From Vicugna vicugna (lineage: Eukaryota): 64,000 nucleotides of DNA. The stretch lies in contig MU061750.1 in NCBI GenBank assembly GCA_013265495.1, positions 403,216-467,215 on the forward strand. The letters are read 5' to 3'. The notes beneath the pieces were generated by a model. The model was not told where the DNA came from and ran no database searches. It worked only from the letters and a program-made list of their open reading frames with translations. The translations under genes and the position numbers were made by a program. This document shows, piece after piece, positions 36,466-49,019 of the stretch; the stretch's first letter is position 1; each line of letters opens with the position of its first letter.

Positions 36466-39400
36466 TTAGAGTCTCTTCTGAATTTTATTCTGTCATTATG
36501 TAAGTAAATTTATTACCCATCTTCATGAATCTGTATTTTGAAACAGATTCTGTTTAGTTTGACATTTTCTGAGTTTAATGCCATTAAATTACTATTAACT
36601 CCAGACAAAGGGCACTAACTTTCCATTGTGTGAAGCATAAAGAAGCCTTGTGAATAGATTTTTTTTGTTTTTACCCAAAAGACAGCAAACATCTCCCCTG
36701 ACACTATACAACCTGAGGCTATTTTGATGCCAACTGGGTACCTCTTTTAGGGCACTCATCTTAGCCAGCATTCATACATGTAAACTTGAATTCACAGAAA
36801 ATGTAGGAATGTGAGTAAAGATGGAGATGCGGAAAGTAGAGGTGGGACATTTGCTTGTCATAATATTCAAATTTAGTCTTCACTGAATTATCACTTTAGT
36901 TAATCTTTATTTCGTGCCCAGGGGGTTCTTAGGTAAAGTTCCAGAGCTTGAGCTGACTACAGAGGGAGAATCAAGAAGTCAGAATTCAGTCTCTTGTGGG
37001 GTCACATGAAGAATTCAAAACATTTATCACTTAGTAAGATATGGAAATAAATATACAATAGGAATTATTTCTTCAAGAGGGAGGAACAGTGCCTCCTTTG
37101 CTAGTAGGGAAAGATCCAGCTCACAAGAAGATGAGCAACTCTGGTTGAATTTGAAGACAGAAAGGCAGAGCCAGTATAAGGCTTGGGTTGCCCAACCAGC
37201 TGGCCAGGATGTCCGTATTTAAGAGGCAGTAAAATCAGTGCACTAAATCAGGCACAAAGCACCCTTCAACTTGTGTTCCCACGCACATTACCTAATTGGA
37301 AAAAAAATGTAAATTAATACTGTTTCTGCCACATACCCAAGTAAGAATTACTAAGTACCTTTTTCTAGCTTTGATCTGACTTTGTTGAGTATCTTTTGCA
37401 AGCAACATATGCAAATTGCACAGACCTCAGCACTAACTCTGAACCCCCAAGCGCCCATCACCTGAAGTTAGTGGAAAACCTGCGCTAGACTAATTTATGG
37501 CATGATGTTTTCCATAGGAATGACCTATTTATTATTTATCTTCTAAGTGCTTGACTGTGTCTCCTAAGGACGTAAACACAGGGCTATTTAAGTTTGCTAA
37601 TAAAAGCATGCTTTCCCCATCCCATCAAATAAATGAAGAACAAATATTTAAAGAACACCATTTTGCGGAGGTAAAAGAGTATCTTGTCGGGGCAAAGGAG
37701 AAGGGACCCATACCATGTATCGGCATCACATCCAGCCTACGTGGGGAGGGGGAAACACTTCCCTCAATCAGTTGAAAGCGGTTGAATAAAGAGTTTGTGC
37801 AGAGTTAATGGATCCCCTCAGTGCCACCAACGGAGGGAGCCTGTCGTCCATAGATGGTCTCTCCTGGACCCTAGTGCTAGGCGAAATGTTAACGCGCTGT
37901 ACTAAATCATATGGTCACCTCTGAGCTTGTTCAACAAACACACTTAAAAAGGGTCACCAGATCTTTTCAGGGACCTGTAATTTGCTGGAGCCAGAAAGGG
38001 CTGGAATTTGAAAAGTACAGCTTCCCTGCGGCAGAGATCAAACCCATTGTCTGAGCTGTGTTTTGTTAACTTTGTACATAGGATCTTCTTTAGCAACTCG
38101 GGAGACACAGCTGCTCTTTACATCTAGAAGTGAAAGAAGCCAGTCTGAATGGAATATGTGGGCTCTGCTGAAAATGAAACATTTGCTTTACTGTAGGACT
38201 TGGGGCTCAACCCTGCATGTGAAACTTCCGCCGGAGCTCAAAGTGGAGGGGAAAAAAAAGAGAGAGAAAAGCTATGTAATTTGTTTGAAGTTGTCCAGCA
38301 CACAAAAACTGACCCACAGATGGGAGAAACAAGACGAAAAATGATATTTTAATTTCTCTATCTAGATTAGCAGTTAACTCAAACAAAAGGATTTGAGAAA
38401 GGGGACTGTCGCTGCTTCCTGAATCACCCGTGTTTTTGTAACCGTTTGGGTAATACAGTTGCTTTGGTGTTACCCATCTGGGAAAGATGAGAAAATCCGG
38501 ATGTTTGATCTGCATGTGCTTCTTTTGTGTCCACAGGGAATCTACTGTTCTAATAGATTTAGGACCTGTATTTGATATTTCCAAGTCCTTTGGGGAAGCA
38601 TAAACAAAAGGGCAGGAATCACAAAGCACCGCCTAAGGAAAGGATTCTCTTTGTGTTACACGTAGCGCCTCTTAATTCTGTCCACACACGAGAGTCTGTG
38701 AATTCTCTCTGAACGCATCGGCTTGGCTCTAAGAGCAACAGCAAGTAAGAAAGACCTGAAAATAAGGGAGTGATTCCGTTAAAAAAAAAAAGTCAGCCGA
38801 ATGAATCCGTTTTGACTAATGAATTGATTGATTTTTTTTTTCCTTCTTTGCCTCCCCTGTTTTCACTTTCTTCTTACTTTGATGAGATGCTTCAGTCAGG
38901 ACTGAACAAATGTTAAATACTAGCTGTTACACTATCAATGTCTAGTTGGGACATATTTTTGTATCTAATGGCCGATATATTAGAATCAAAGGTAAATCAT
39001 TATCAAATTCCAAACAAATAAAGAGACGACTTTGCTGAGAAGTTATTTCACAGACGTGATTTTTAAATCCTGTCTGGATACGGGGGCTGATTTTAGTAAG
39101 GGCATCACATGGATAACTTCACAATTACATGTTTCCTTCTTCGTCTATTAGTGAGTTGAAACCAATGTTTATAAATATTTAGAAATAATTCTTATTTTAC
39201 AAAAAAACGTATACAGCCCCCTTGAGCTGTGACTTACATTACCATCCTCTAACCTCATCCCTCCCCTTTCCCTAAGATCTTGTCATGTCTTTTTCCTTCC
39301 TCTGATGCCACTTTAGAAAAAAATGGTTTTATTTCAGGAGAAAGTGTTTCTTTTGCTTCGTTCCCTATTTATAACAAAGTCAGGGCAATACAGTAATATG

Positions 39401-39575
39401 TAGGACACAGAATACTTTTTTGTTGGGAAAGGGGTGCTTCCAGGTTTTCCTCCAATTAAGTGAAAAGCCATCAGCATTACTCACAGCAAACATGAAATCT
39501 AATCACTTAGCACATTATAAGAGCAAAAATAAGCCTCCCCATATTTCACAAATCGACTCACACTCTTCATACTTT

Positions 39576-39707
39576 NNNNNNNNNNNNNNNNNNNNNNNNN
39601 NNNNNNNNNNNNNNNNNNNNNNNNNNNNNNNNNNNNNNNNNNNNNNNNNNNNNNNNNNNNNNNNNNNNNNNNNNNNNNNNNNNNNNNNNNNNNNNNNNNN
39701 NNNNNNN
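39576..39707. other. N run (132 nt)
   Basis: Seen directly. Confidence 1.
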
Positions 39708-39709
39708 CT

Positions 39710-40000
39710 GTGAAGGAGTCACTGACATCTGATGATTCAAATTGCAGAAATGATCCAGGACAAATTATGAACGTCTGGGTAGTGCCCAGAGATTCTGAGC
39801 TGAAATGACTTTGCCCTTGGAGCCTGGCAGATTTGGGTGAGTTCTTGGGGCCACGAGCCTTCCCCGGCGCAGCCTCCGTAGGACATCTCCCCACAGGTCC
39901 TGCTCTCCGCGTCAGTTAGCAGCCTGGCCAGCGGAATGCCAGTTTAGCTTTCCAGGGGGCCTGAAATGAAAAGGAAGTGGTTCAAGTTTTAGCTTACAGA
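39710..40000. promoter_or_regulatory. Candidate promoter/enhancer: CpG patch with IRF/ETS-like motif
   Basis: Non-repetitive, several CpGs at 39850-39935, GAAATGAAAAGGAAGTGG at 39963-39980, and a plus-strand 5' splice site TGG|GTGAGT at 39837. Confidence 0.35.
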
Positions 40001-40449
40001 CCCTCAAGGCAATGGGAGCTTTCTTTGAAATGTAAAACAGTCTTCTATCAAGCAGTGCTTAAGGTATCATCCAACTATCAAAGTCAAAGATGATTTGATA
40101 GAACCTTACAAATCCCCATAATCTACGGTAAGTAGTGGTAGCTAAGGCTTTGGCTCTGTGTTTGCATGTAGGGCAGAAGCGGGAGGATAATTTATCCAAC
40201 TTTAGGGTAATGAAGTGTTAACAAAAACCACATGAAGCTATTATTACAACCACAGGCCACAGACTGCTAAGAGGGTAAAGTCTCTGGAGATGTACCTATT
40301 TTCAAGGAATCTTTTGCATCTCAGCTTACCTGAAGGCATTTGCAAAACACAAGGTGATGCAGCCGAGAGGCCGTGATTCATTAGCCCTAATGAACAATGC
40401 TGAGCATATTGTCTCTCAAATATAACCCGCTGACATTGATATATATGTA

Positions 40450-40925
40450 NNNNNNNNNNNNNNNNNNNNNNNNNNNNNNNNNNNNNNNNNNNNNNNNNNN
40501 NNNNNNNNNNNNNNNNNNNNNNNNNNNNNNNNNNNNNNNNNNNNNNNNNNNNNNNNNNNNNNNNNNNNNNNNNNNNNNNNNNNNNNNNNNNNNNNNNNNN
40601 NNNNNNNNNNNNNNNNNNNNNNNNNNNNNNNNNNNNNNNNNNNNNNNNNNNNNNNNNNNNNNNNNNNNNNNNNNNNNNNNNNNNNNNNNNNNNNNNNNNN
40701 NNNNNNNNNNNNNNNNNNNNNNNNNNNNNNNNNNNNNNNNNNNNNNNNNNNNNNNNNNNNNNNNNNNNNNNNNNNNNNNNNNNNNNNNNNNNNNNNNNNN
40801 NNNNNNNNNNNNNNNNNNNNNNNNNNNNNNNNNNNNNNNNNNNNNNNNNNNNNNNNNNNNNNNNNNNNNNNNNNNNNNNNNNNNNNNNNNNNNNNNNNNN
40901 NNNNNNNNNNNNNNNNNNNNNNNNN
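40450..40925. other. N run (476 nt)
   Basis: Seen directly. Confidence 1.
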
Positions 40926-42110
40926 AGTGAAGACCTCGAAAACCCTGACTATCAGCAGGAATGAATTAGCAGGTAGAGGAGGAAATCTATAAATCGGTGA
41001 TTACGCGTGCATCATTGTATCTAATGTCCTTCATCAGTTTCCCCTAATTGGCCCCCCGAAAATACTTCAGGATCACGAAACCAGACTCACGTTTCTGCAG
41101 ACTTTTTCCAGTGTGCAGGGTTAAAAAAGAAAGATGGGATTGAGGCATCAGAGTGATAGCTAACGCTTTCGTAACAAAAGAGCATTAACACCCTTTCAGA
41201 CACCACCTCAGCTTAATCTCTGGGCATCCTTTGTTCTTTAAACGTATTCAGTCTACATCTCTCTTTAAAATTAAATGAGTGAAAATTAGTTGGTTTGTCT
41301 GGATGTAGAAATGCTAGATCAACTTTATCAAGAATAATAAACAATTCTTAATCAGGGATTGACTGCATTATAGATTTTTGGAACAAAATAACCTGCTGTT
41401 CCTGGATGGCTGTGTAGCTAGATCAATATCAAGGCCTTTTTTTGTTTGTTTCCTCTCTTTTTTTCCTGTAAAAGCTCTATCTCTGGAAAGAGTGCCGCTC
41501 CCATAGCAATGTGCCTTGCACATATTCAGTAGATTTTTCTCTGGGTGGCCTACCTTTTTTGCATAATTACAGATTTTTATTGACATTTTATTGACTTGCT
41601 TTCAGCATGATCTGTGGTGTCCCTGAGTCTGAGTCTAAAAGTGTTCGGGAAGCTTTCTCTCCAGAAAAGTCAGTGTGGACAGGCTTTTCTATTTGTCATG
41701 CTCCCGAGGCACCCGGCACTCCGCGCTTTCTGCTGGGATCATTTCTGCTCTTCTGTGCCTCCTTACCTGGTGATGAGTTCGGGCAAGAAAAGAACTTTGC
41801 TTTTTCTCCATTCTTCCTCTGCACGCCTGATACCTAGCAAGGGTATTTTCACATGATGTTGCTCAATAAATGTTCAGTAGCCGGATGAACATATGCTACC
41901 CAGATGGGAGAGTGAGGAGAGTGTAAAACTCAAATTAGTTCATCAAATAACTTGCAAGGGCTGTAGAAGAATAGGTTGGCTGCAGGAAAATGTTGTTAAC
42001 CTGAGATGTTTCGGGGCTGAAGTTGGGAGTGAAAATTAACTTGACGAAGGCTAGCGAGCAGATCAGCACAGGTGGCTTCGTGGCTCGGGCTTAAAAGCTA
42101 ATAGTATCTT

Positions 42111-42305
42111 TGGACATACACTACCATACATAAAATAGGTAAAGAGCAAGGACCTACTGTATGGTACAGGGAACTGTATTCAATATCTTGTAATAGCCTA
42201 TGATGGACAAGAATATGAAAAAGACTATATATATGTATAACTGAGCCACTTTACTGTACACCTGAAACCAACACATTGTAAATCAACTCTACTTCAATCT
42301 TTTAA
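42111..42305 (+). mobile_element. Cetartiodactyl-type L1 3' end
   Basis: aaggacctactgtatggtacagggaactgtattcaatatcttgtaata...cctgaaaccaacacattgtaaatcaact. TSD aaaagctaatagtatctt (42093-42110) and aaaagctaataatacctt (42306-42323). Confidence 0.93.
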
Positions 42306-42360
42306 AAAAGCTAATAATACCTTCATACTTTTGTAGAAGTCCAGCCCTGTCTCATGCTTG

Positions 42361-42845
42361 TGTTAACTGATGCTCTCGGATCAGATGGACCCCAGCTGGG
42401 TCCTTCCCTTGCTCGGTGCCACTTGCGCTGGTTGAATGAGACCAGGTTTGGCAAAGCAGAGCAGAAAATTTATTCGTTGATCAAGGAACGGAGAAGGAAA
42501 GGCTTGTGCCCTAAAGACCCCTTTTCCCCAAAGGGGAGGAAGCTGGGGGACTTTCCAGGGATAAAAGGCAGGTGCACCATCAGAAACTGGGGGAAAGGGC
42601 AGAGATTTCCAGGAACCGCAAGGTCATTTACAGTCCCTCAGGCTCCCCTGCACACAGCACTAGTTGTGCCTAGCAAGGCACAAGTCCCCCCTTCGGGAGG
42701 AGATCTTAGTGTGAAGCAAAGGCAACTTTCGGACACTTGTAGGTTTCCTCTGCGCAGGCGCTGCCCTTGTAGTTAAGCTGGAACCGGTTCAGGGCGGAAG
42801 ACCATCACGTTTCCTTTGAGGTGTGACTGAAAAACATCAGTGACA
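42361..42845 (-). mobile_element. ERV (probably ERV1-class) solo LTR
   Basis: TG...CA ends with inverted termini (tgttaactgatg / catcagtgaca), minus-strand AATAAA at 42469-42474, 485 bp, 13 CpGs. Confidence 0.8.
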
Positions 42846-42969
42846 AACATCAGGTGTTTGGGAACAAGAATAGAAGTAGGTTAAAGCAGAGATCTTTCAG
42901 CTCCCTGGGATATGTCGGGGTGACACTTCCGGCCCTGGAAACTGCGGTGTGCTGCAAAGAGGCCTGAAC

Positions 42970-43180
42970 TGAGAGTCAGGGTTTGAACCCCACGGCCACT
43001 TCTGAGCTTTGTGACTTTAGAAGAACCCAGATATAGCTTTAACCTTGGAGAAGGCACGTAAGCTTTTCCGAGCCCTGGTTTCCTCTGCTTTACAGTGGGA
43101 ATAAGCAATGCCTACACTATGCAGTTGGGAAGATTCTGAGAGAGTGGATGTGAAAGGGCCCAGCGCTGAGTAGACTGCCC
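42970..43180 (+). mobile_element. MIR
   Basis: gagtcagggtttgaacccc...accttggagaaggcac...ggtttcctctgctttacagtgggaataa. Confidence 0.65.
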
Positions 43181-43769
43181 CTCTTCCCAAGGCCTGTGAG
43201 CAGCCACCGTGGGAAGAAGGAGATCATTTAAACCTCTTAAAGCCGCGGGACGCGCACTGGACGGGTAGCAGCTTTCTCTCCGTGTTACTTACTGTTGCGA
43301 GAGCCTGGGCAGAGTGAACCTTTCATCAGCTGTGGGTCTTGGTTTCCAGCAAGGATGCCAATCCCTCTTTCTTTTCTAGGAAAAAAATTAGCATAAAGTG
43401 TGTTGTTTTCACATGTGTCAAGACCAAGAGTTCTGAACATCATCCCATTGAGGAAAGCAGGTGGGGGAAGTTCCTTTCACTTCACCAAGCCACGCCCCTA
43501 AGGTCCCTTTTCAACACGGAATTTTAAAAGACCATTTTCTTTGTTGCCTTGAGGCTGTATTCTGATTCAGTGGCTAAGGAGTTTACCTGTACTCATAATT
43601 TTGGAAGGGAAATGAACTATTTTTAAAAATCATATCGTATGTTTAGTAAGCCTACAGGGCGTATAATATTCCCGTGTGTCAGGAACAAGAACCCAGTCTA
43701 GATTTTTTTTCAGTGAAATACAAGACCTGTGGCGAAATGATTTCTACAGATTTGAGTCCCATCACTAAT

Positions 43770-44510
43770 TCTACCTCTATGACTATTACTATTATTAATG
43801 CTCGTTCTGCTACCTTTGCTACCTGCATTTCTTGAGTACTTACTATGATTATTGTAAAATGTCTCATATACTAATCTGTTTATCCTCATAACCACTCTTG
43901 GAGGTGGGAACTGTTGTCACCAGGCCCAAGCTCGTACTGCCCACTGCACAACAAGCCAATGAATCTAGAGACAAGTTTTTGGGGCAAGGAATAGCAACTT
44001 TATTTGGAAAATGAGCAGACAGAGAAGGAGGTGGACGAGCGTCCCAAAGAACCATCCTACCTTAGATAGAATTTACTAAAAGGGGAGAGGGGGTGACAGG
44101 TTGTTGCAAACTGATTGGTGCTGGAGTCCTTTGCTCTTACAGCTGTCTGAGTGGGTCTGGTCACCATGTTCCTTTAAGTCTCCAACAAGACAAATGTTAG
44201 TCTCTGTTCTATGGCTTTTTATCTCTATACGAAAGAAGTATTATTCATTTAAAATTCAGAGCCTTGAGAATGGGCTATCCTGAATACTTCAAGCTCTAGG
44301 CAACATTCTTTTATAAAGGAACTGAATCAGCGTGACTAAGCTCAGGCAACAGAGCAAAGGTTAGAGCTAAAGGAATAGTTTCAATATGGAGCCAGGTTTG
44401 TTCTTCTCTGTTACATTATCACTAGGGAAATTGAGGCACAGTTAGTAAGTAGCAAGGCTATGATTCCCATGTCAGCAGTTTGGCCCCAGAGTCTGCTTCT
44501 AGTGGAAAAG
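43770..44510 (-). mobile_element. MIR split by an LTR insertion
   Basis: tttatcctcataaccactcttggaggtggg before the LTR; gggaaattgaggcacag...cagtttggccccagag after it. Confidence 0.65.
43915..44415 (-). mobile_element. ERV1-class solo LTR (MER41-like start)
   Basis: Minus strand begins tgtaacagagaagaacaaacctggctccatattg and ends ggcctggtgaca. AATAAA lies at 43999-44004 on the minus strand. Confidence 0.85.
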
Positions 44511-45289
44511 ATCCAAAGCCTTGAGTTCGGAGATCCAGGTTCCAGTCTGAAACCCTTGCTTAAATGACTCTGTAAGCCTGTGAATCCTTCCATTTATCTG
44601 TGACTCTGCTATGTCAGTTGGAAAATGAGAATAAGAACTATTCACTTGAAAACTTCTGGTTCTCAGATGGCATGGCGAAAAGAAAAAAGGAATTAGGTGA
44701 CTCCAATTGTTACTTGCGTCTCTTCACATTAAGAGGAATCTAGGTCATGATGCGGAGCAGTGTTTTAAAACTTTGCCTTCATTTTCTCCTCCACACCTGT
44801 CCCATCCTGCCTGTGTACCAGGGCATCTCTCTCTCATGCCCTCTCTCTGGAATCTGTCTCCTCAGGTCATCCTTTAACTCTGGAGTGAGATGCTTATCTT
44901 TGTCCCAATCCCCTTCACCCTTTTATTGACCACCCTCTGCCCCAGTCACTTTCTACAGACTCTCCCAATTCTTTTCCACAAAAAAATGCATGAACAAACA
45001 AGCTAGACCTCTTCCTTTGGATGGAGATGGGAAGATGCTAAGTGCACAAAGAGAAGACATCTGTGAGCAGGTGGGAGTGGCAAGAGGTGGGCAGTGGACA
45101 CTGGGTGGAGGGGAATGTGGCCTTCCAGTCCAGTGGAGGATTAAGGAAGAAACTGATGAAGGAAGAGCCATAAGTCTTAAAAATAAGGGTCAGGCTTTAT
45201 TAGGCATCCTGGACAAGCAAGATTTCTTCCTTGATCCGTGACACACTAGATAGCTAGAGTGACAAGGGTGTGGGGGGCTGTGGTACCCA

Positions 45290-45410
45290 GACTGGACTGT
45301 CATCTCCTTGGGGGTAGGGGTCTGCTCTTCCTCATCGCTGTGTCTGCAGAGCCAAGGACAGAGTGGGCGGGTAGCAGGCACTCTGTAAATACTTGAAAGG
45401 AGAAATGAAG
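45290..45410 (+). mobile_element. L2 3' end
   Basis: ctggactgtcatctccttgggggtaggg...gcaggcactctgtaaatacttgaa. Confidence 0.6.
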
Positions 45411-47469
45411 GAAGACAGGATCAGCCTGATGAATTTGAATTTTCATCCTAATGACTGACTTTTCCGTTCCATGAAGTGAGCTATTTTGCAGAGTTCTCCA
45501 GCATATGGATAATCTCTGTCTTCAGCATCCGGGCATCCATTCTTTCTCCATCTGTTGAGGAATTTCACCCCTTTCAAAGTCAAATGAGGAGGGCTTGGTA
45601 AATACTCTACACATGGTACAAATGGTATTTTTTTGAAAAAGGATGCAACAATATCACCTAGATTTGGAAATACTATTTTTTTAAAAAACTTAATTTGGAG
45701 ATCGCTTCCTGCTTTTTGTCCCCTTTGATAGAGAAGATTTAATAGACAATATTAATTCAGTTGCCCAACACACATAAAACCTAGCAGTATTCAGTATGTG
45801 GCTTGTTTGCTTTTATTCTTAAAGAATCTGAAGGGAGTTGACATTTTGTTTCATTCATTCACAGTCTCTTTTTTCATATCTAATGAACACACTCCACAAC
45901 AATGGTCCTCAGATCTCCACCATCTGCAGGGGACCGCACACAGGTCAGAGGCTAAGAACAACACCACATCAGTATTGAATAAAAAAGTGAAACTTCAAAG
46001 GCAGAAATGGCTATGAGGTCTGTGCTTTCAAGACCTCATGGCTAGTTCCTCCTGTTTATTTTTTTGATTGGATGATAATGTAGTATGTCATTCCATGGTT
46101 CATGACCTGTGGTCAATTCCCTATGGAGGAGACAGATTGGGGAAGATTTTTGTGAGTATATTTGTCGTAGTAGAGAAATAATATAAACAAAAAGGGTGGG
46201 CACCAAAGATGGGAACAAAGCCCTTTATTATTGAGGAAGATGATCTTGGGGTTTCAGCCAAGAGACTTTTTATCTGGACGGTGATAATGACAATGACTCT
46301 CTGTAAAGAATGTAAGCAAGAGGGAGATTTTGGCTAGTTAGTTCCTCTCTCCCTAGTCAGTTGCACTAGACGGGCAGGTCAGATTCATCCCCAGGCTGCC
46401 ATGATGAGGGTGTTACCGTTTCTATCACTGAATTAACCCAGGCATCCACTTCTTAAAGTGTTGAGCTAATGAATTAAATCTCAACGGATAAATTTTCTTC
46501 TAATATAGGACCTCTCTGGGCTATGAATAGTTAACATCAATTGACAGCTCAGGGGATGTCCCAAAGGAATCAATATGGTAAATTAACCCCCACACCCATA
46601 CTCAAAGACAAAGTCTGTTTTAGGTATCCGTAAGCCTTAGGAAGGCCTATATTCTCTTTAAAAAAAAAAAAAGTCTTACAGATAATTAATATCAGTTTTA
46701 TTTTTATTGTATTTTACATTTTATGAAACATTCTTAAAAGCTAGAAGCTTCACAGGAGTCCGTATTCTCATGGACATGTCAACGGAACGACTTGGAAGAC
46801 ACAGCTCTTACTACTACAGAGGCGACCCTAGCAAGGCAGACAGAATAAAATCAGAAGATGCCAGGATAAATGTATGCCGAAGTCATTCTTCTCTTGTCCT
46901 CCCTTCACCCTGCTTGTAAGAAGGAGATGGAGAAAATTGTTCTTGAAGGAATGTCTAAAAGTCAAAAAATGCCCAAGTTTTGGTACTGCAGATGACAAAG
47001 TTGGGACTGTGGTACCAACTTGCATTTTCAGAAAAGTCTTCTCTTTGTGTCTCAGATTTGAAGCCATGCCTGAACAGGGCCCTCGCCTGTTGTGCAGCAC
47101 GTTAGACAGGGACAGGGATTACACTGACAGCCTCTGTTCTGACATCCCAAATCTCCCGTTTGCCCTGGTCTCTTTGCATCAGCCGCAGCATCGCCAGCTC
47201 TGGCCGGCCTCTCCTTTTCGAGCAATCTTATCCATCGTGGGAGCTGTCAGTTGGGTGCCTCTGAGGCCTGGGGCTTGGGGAAGATGTTCCGAGGACAGTG
47301 TCCATCTGTCACATATTATTACCAGTGTTCCCAAATCCTGTAGTGAGGGAGGAGCAATGCTGGCCCGGGGGAAGGTACAAAAAAGTTAGAAGAGAGTTGA
47401 GGATTTCTAGCAAGCCTGGTTTCCTTTGTTGAAGTTTGTACCAACTCCCCATCATCATCCCTTCATTCT

Positions 47470-47720
47470 AAAAATAGATTGTGTCTTGTACTGAGCGAGA
47501 GGTGAACAGTACAGGGTTCCTGCCTCTTTCCACCTTAATGTATGGAGAGACAGACTTGAGAACAAATGAATGTGCTCCATTATTCTAGGGCCTTCAGAGA
47601 GCCATGGGCTGGGGGATAGCGGGCACTAAGAAGAGTGTTGGGATGGCCTTTTCAAGGAGATGCCTGATGGTGTCTTCCAAAAGAGAGCATTCCAGCCAAG
47701 CAGGAGGGCAAGCACAGGGG
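47470..47720 (-). mobile_element. L2 fragment
   Basis: cagggttcctgcctct...ggagagacagact...gatggccttttcaaggagatg...agcattccagcc. Confidence 0.55.
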
Positions 47721-48309
47721 AGTGGAGGCGGACCACCACTCCTGGGTCTTGGCAGAGCTTAATGGCTTCCTTCTTCCTTGAGCCTAAAGTTGGGACTTGA
47801 AGCTGGAAAAACTCCCAGGTCAGAGGCAGATTTCTTTGCAGACCTCAAAGTAACACATAGCCACCCAAACCTTCATCTCTCTCTGGGAGGTGGTAACTCC
47901 TCTGGTAAAGAGACCACTCTCAGCTGTTGATGACTCCTATTCCAGCTTCAGGTCAGACGCACTCAGGTAGCTGCTTTCCTCTGTCAGCTGTGCCTGAACA
48001 TCCTCCCCAGGGACTGCTTTAGCGGGAGCTCCTTCTTGCTCCTAGTTGACCTGATAATCTCAGGTCATGTCTGTCTTGCATGTATGTTTTCTGGAACACT
48101 GATAATTGACCAAATTGAACCTTCCACAACAAACAACATCTTTTAAAATTGTAACATGATTTCATAAAGTCCAACCTCTAATAGACACAGTTCTATGGTT
48201 AAGATCTTCTGCGGGAGTTGACACTTGCCAGGTTTTTCTGCTGCCCAGATGGCTGGGCTGAAGAGCGTACATCCATGTGATAGTGTAACAGAGAGGAATA
48301 AACCTGACT

Positions 48310-48860
48310 CAAGAGGAATGAAAATCAGGGTCCATACGAAGACTTGTCCATGAACGTTCACTGCTGCTTTATTTGTAATAGCTCCAACCTGTGGAAACAA
48401 TCCAAATGTCTGTGAGCAGATGAATGGCTAAACAAATTGTGCTATATGATGGAATACTACTTAGCAATTAAAAGGAGTGAGCTATTGACACAAACAACAA
48501 TATAGATTAATTTTAAAATAATCACAGGAAGTCAAAGATGCTAGACCAAAATCAAATTAGGAAAAAAAAAAAGAATCTTGTATGATTCCATTTATATAAA
48601 TTCCAGGGAAATCTAAATTAATCTACAGTGACAGAAAGCAGATCAGTGGTTGCCTGAGGATGATGAGGGCTTGGGTGGGGAGGAGAGAGAGGGAGCAGTT
48701 GTGAAAGGGCTGGGGAAAACTTTTAGGGGTGATGGCTATGTTCATTATCTTGATTGTGGTGATGGCTCTCCGGGTATATGCGTATGTCAAAACTCATCAA
48801 ATTGCACACTTTAAATATGCAATGTATTATATGCTAATTATGCCTCAAAAGAGCCATAAG
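48310..48860 (+). mobile_element. Old L1 (L1MD/ME-type) 3' end
   Basis: gaacgttcactgctgctttatttgtaatagctccaa...atggaatactacttagcaattaaaagga...gacagaaagcagatcagtggttgcctg...gtcaaaactcatcaaattgcacacttt. Confidence 0.9.
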
Positions 48861-49019
48861 AACAATTCTAGATAGAAATAAGTAAAGTTTTAATATTTTT
48901 CCATTTCAGAGCTGCCTATCAGCAAATGTTATTCTGCTGGTTCTTTCCATTTTTACTGGGGAGATCCTAAGACCATAACTTCTATCAGCATGACCCGTGC
49001 TAGTCACACTACACACCAT

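Noticed and set aside
46874-47389. Longest gap-free ORF (171 aa, plus strand)
   Set aside because: No recognisable domain, composition looks random, and there is no convincing exon structure. An ORF this long is plausible by chance in 64 kb over six frames.
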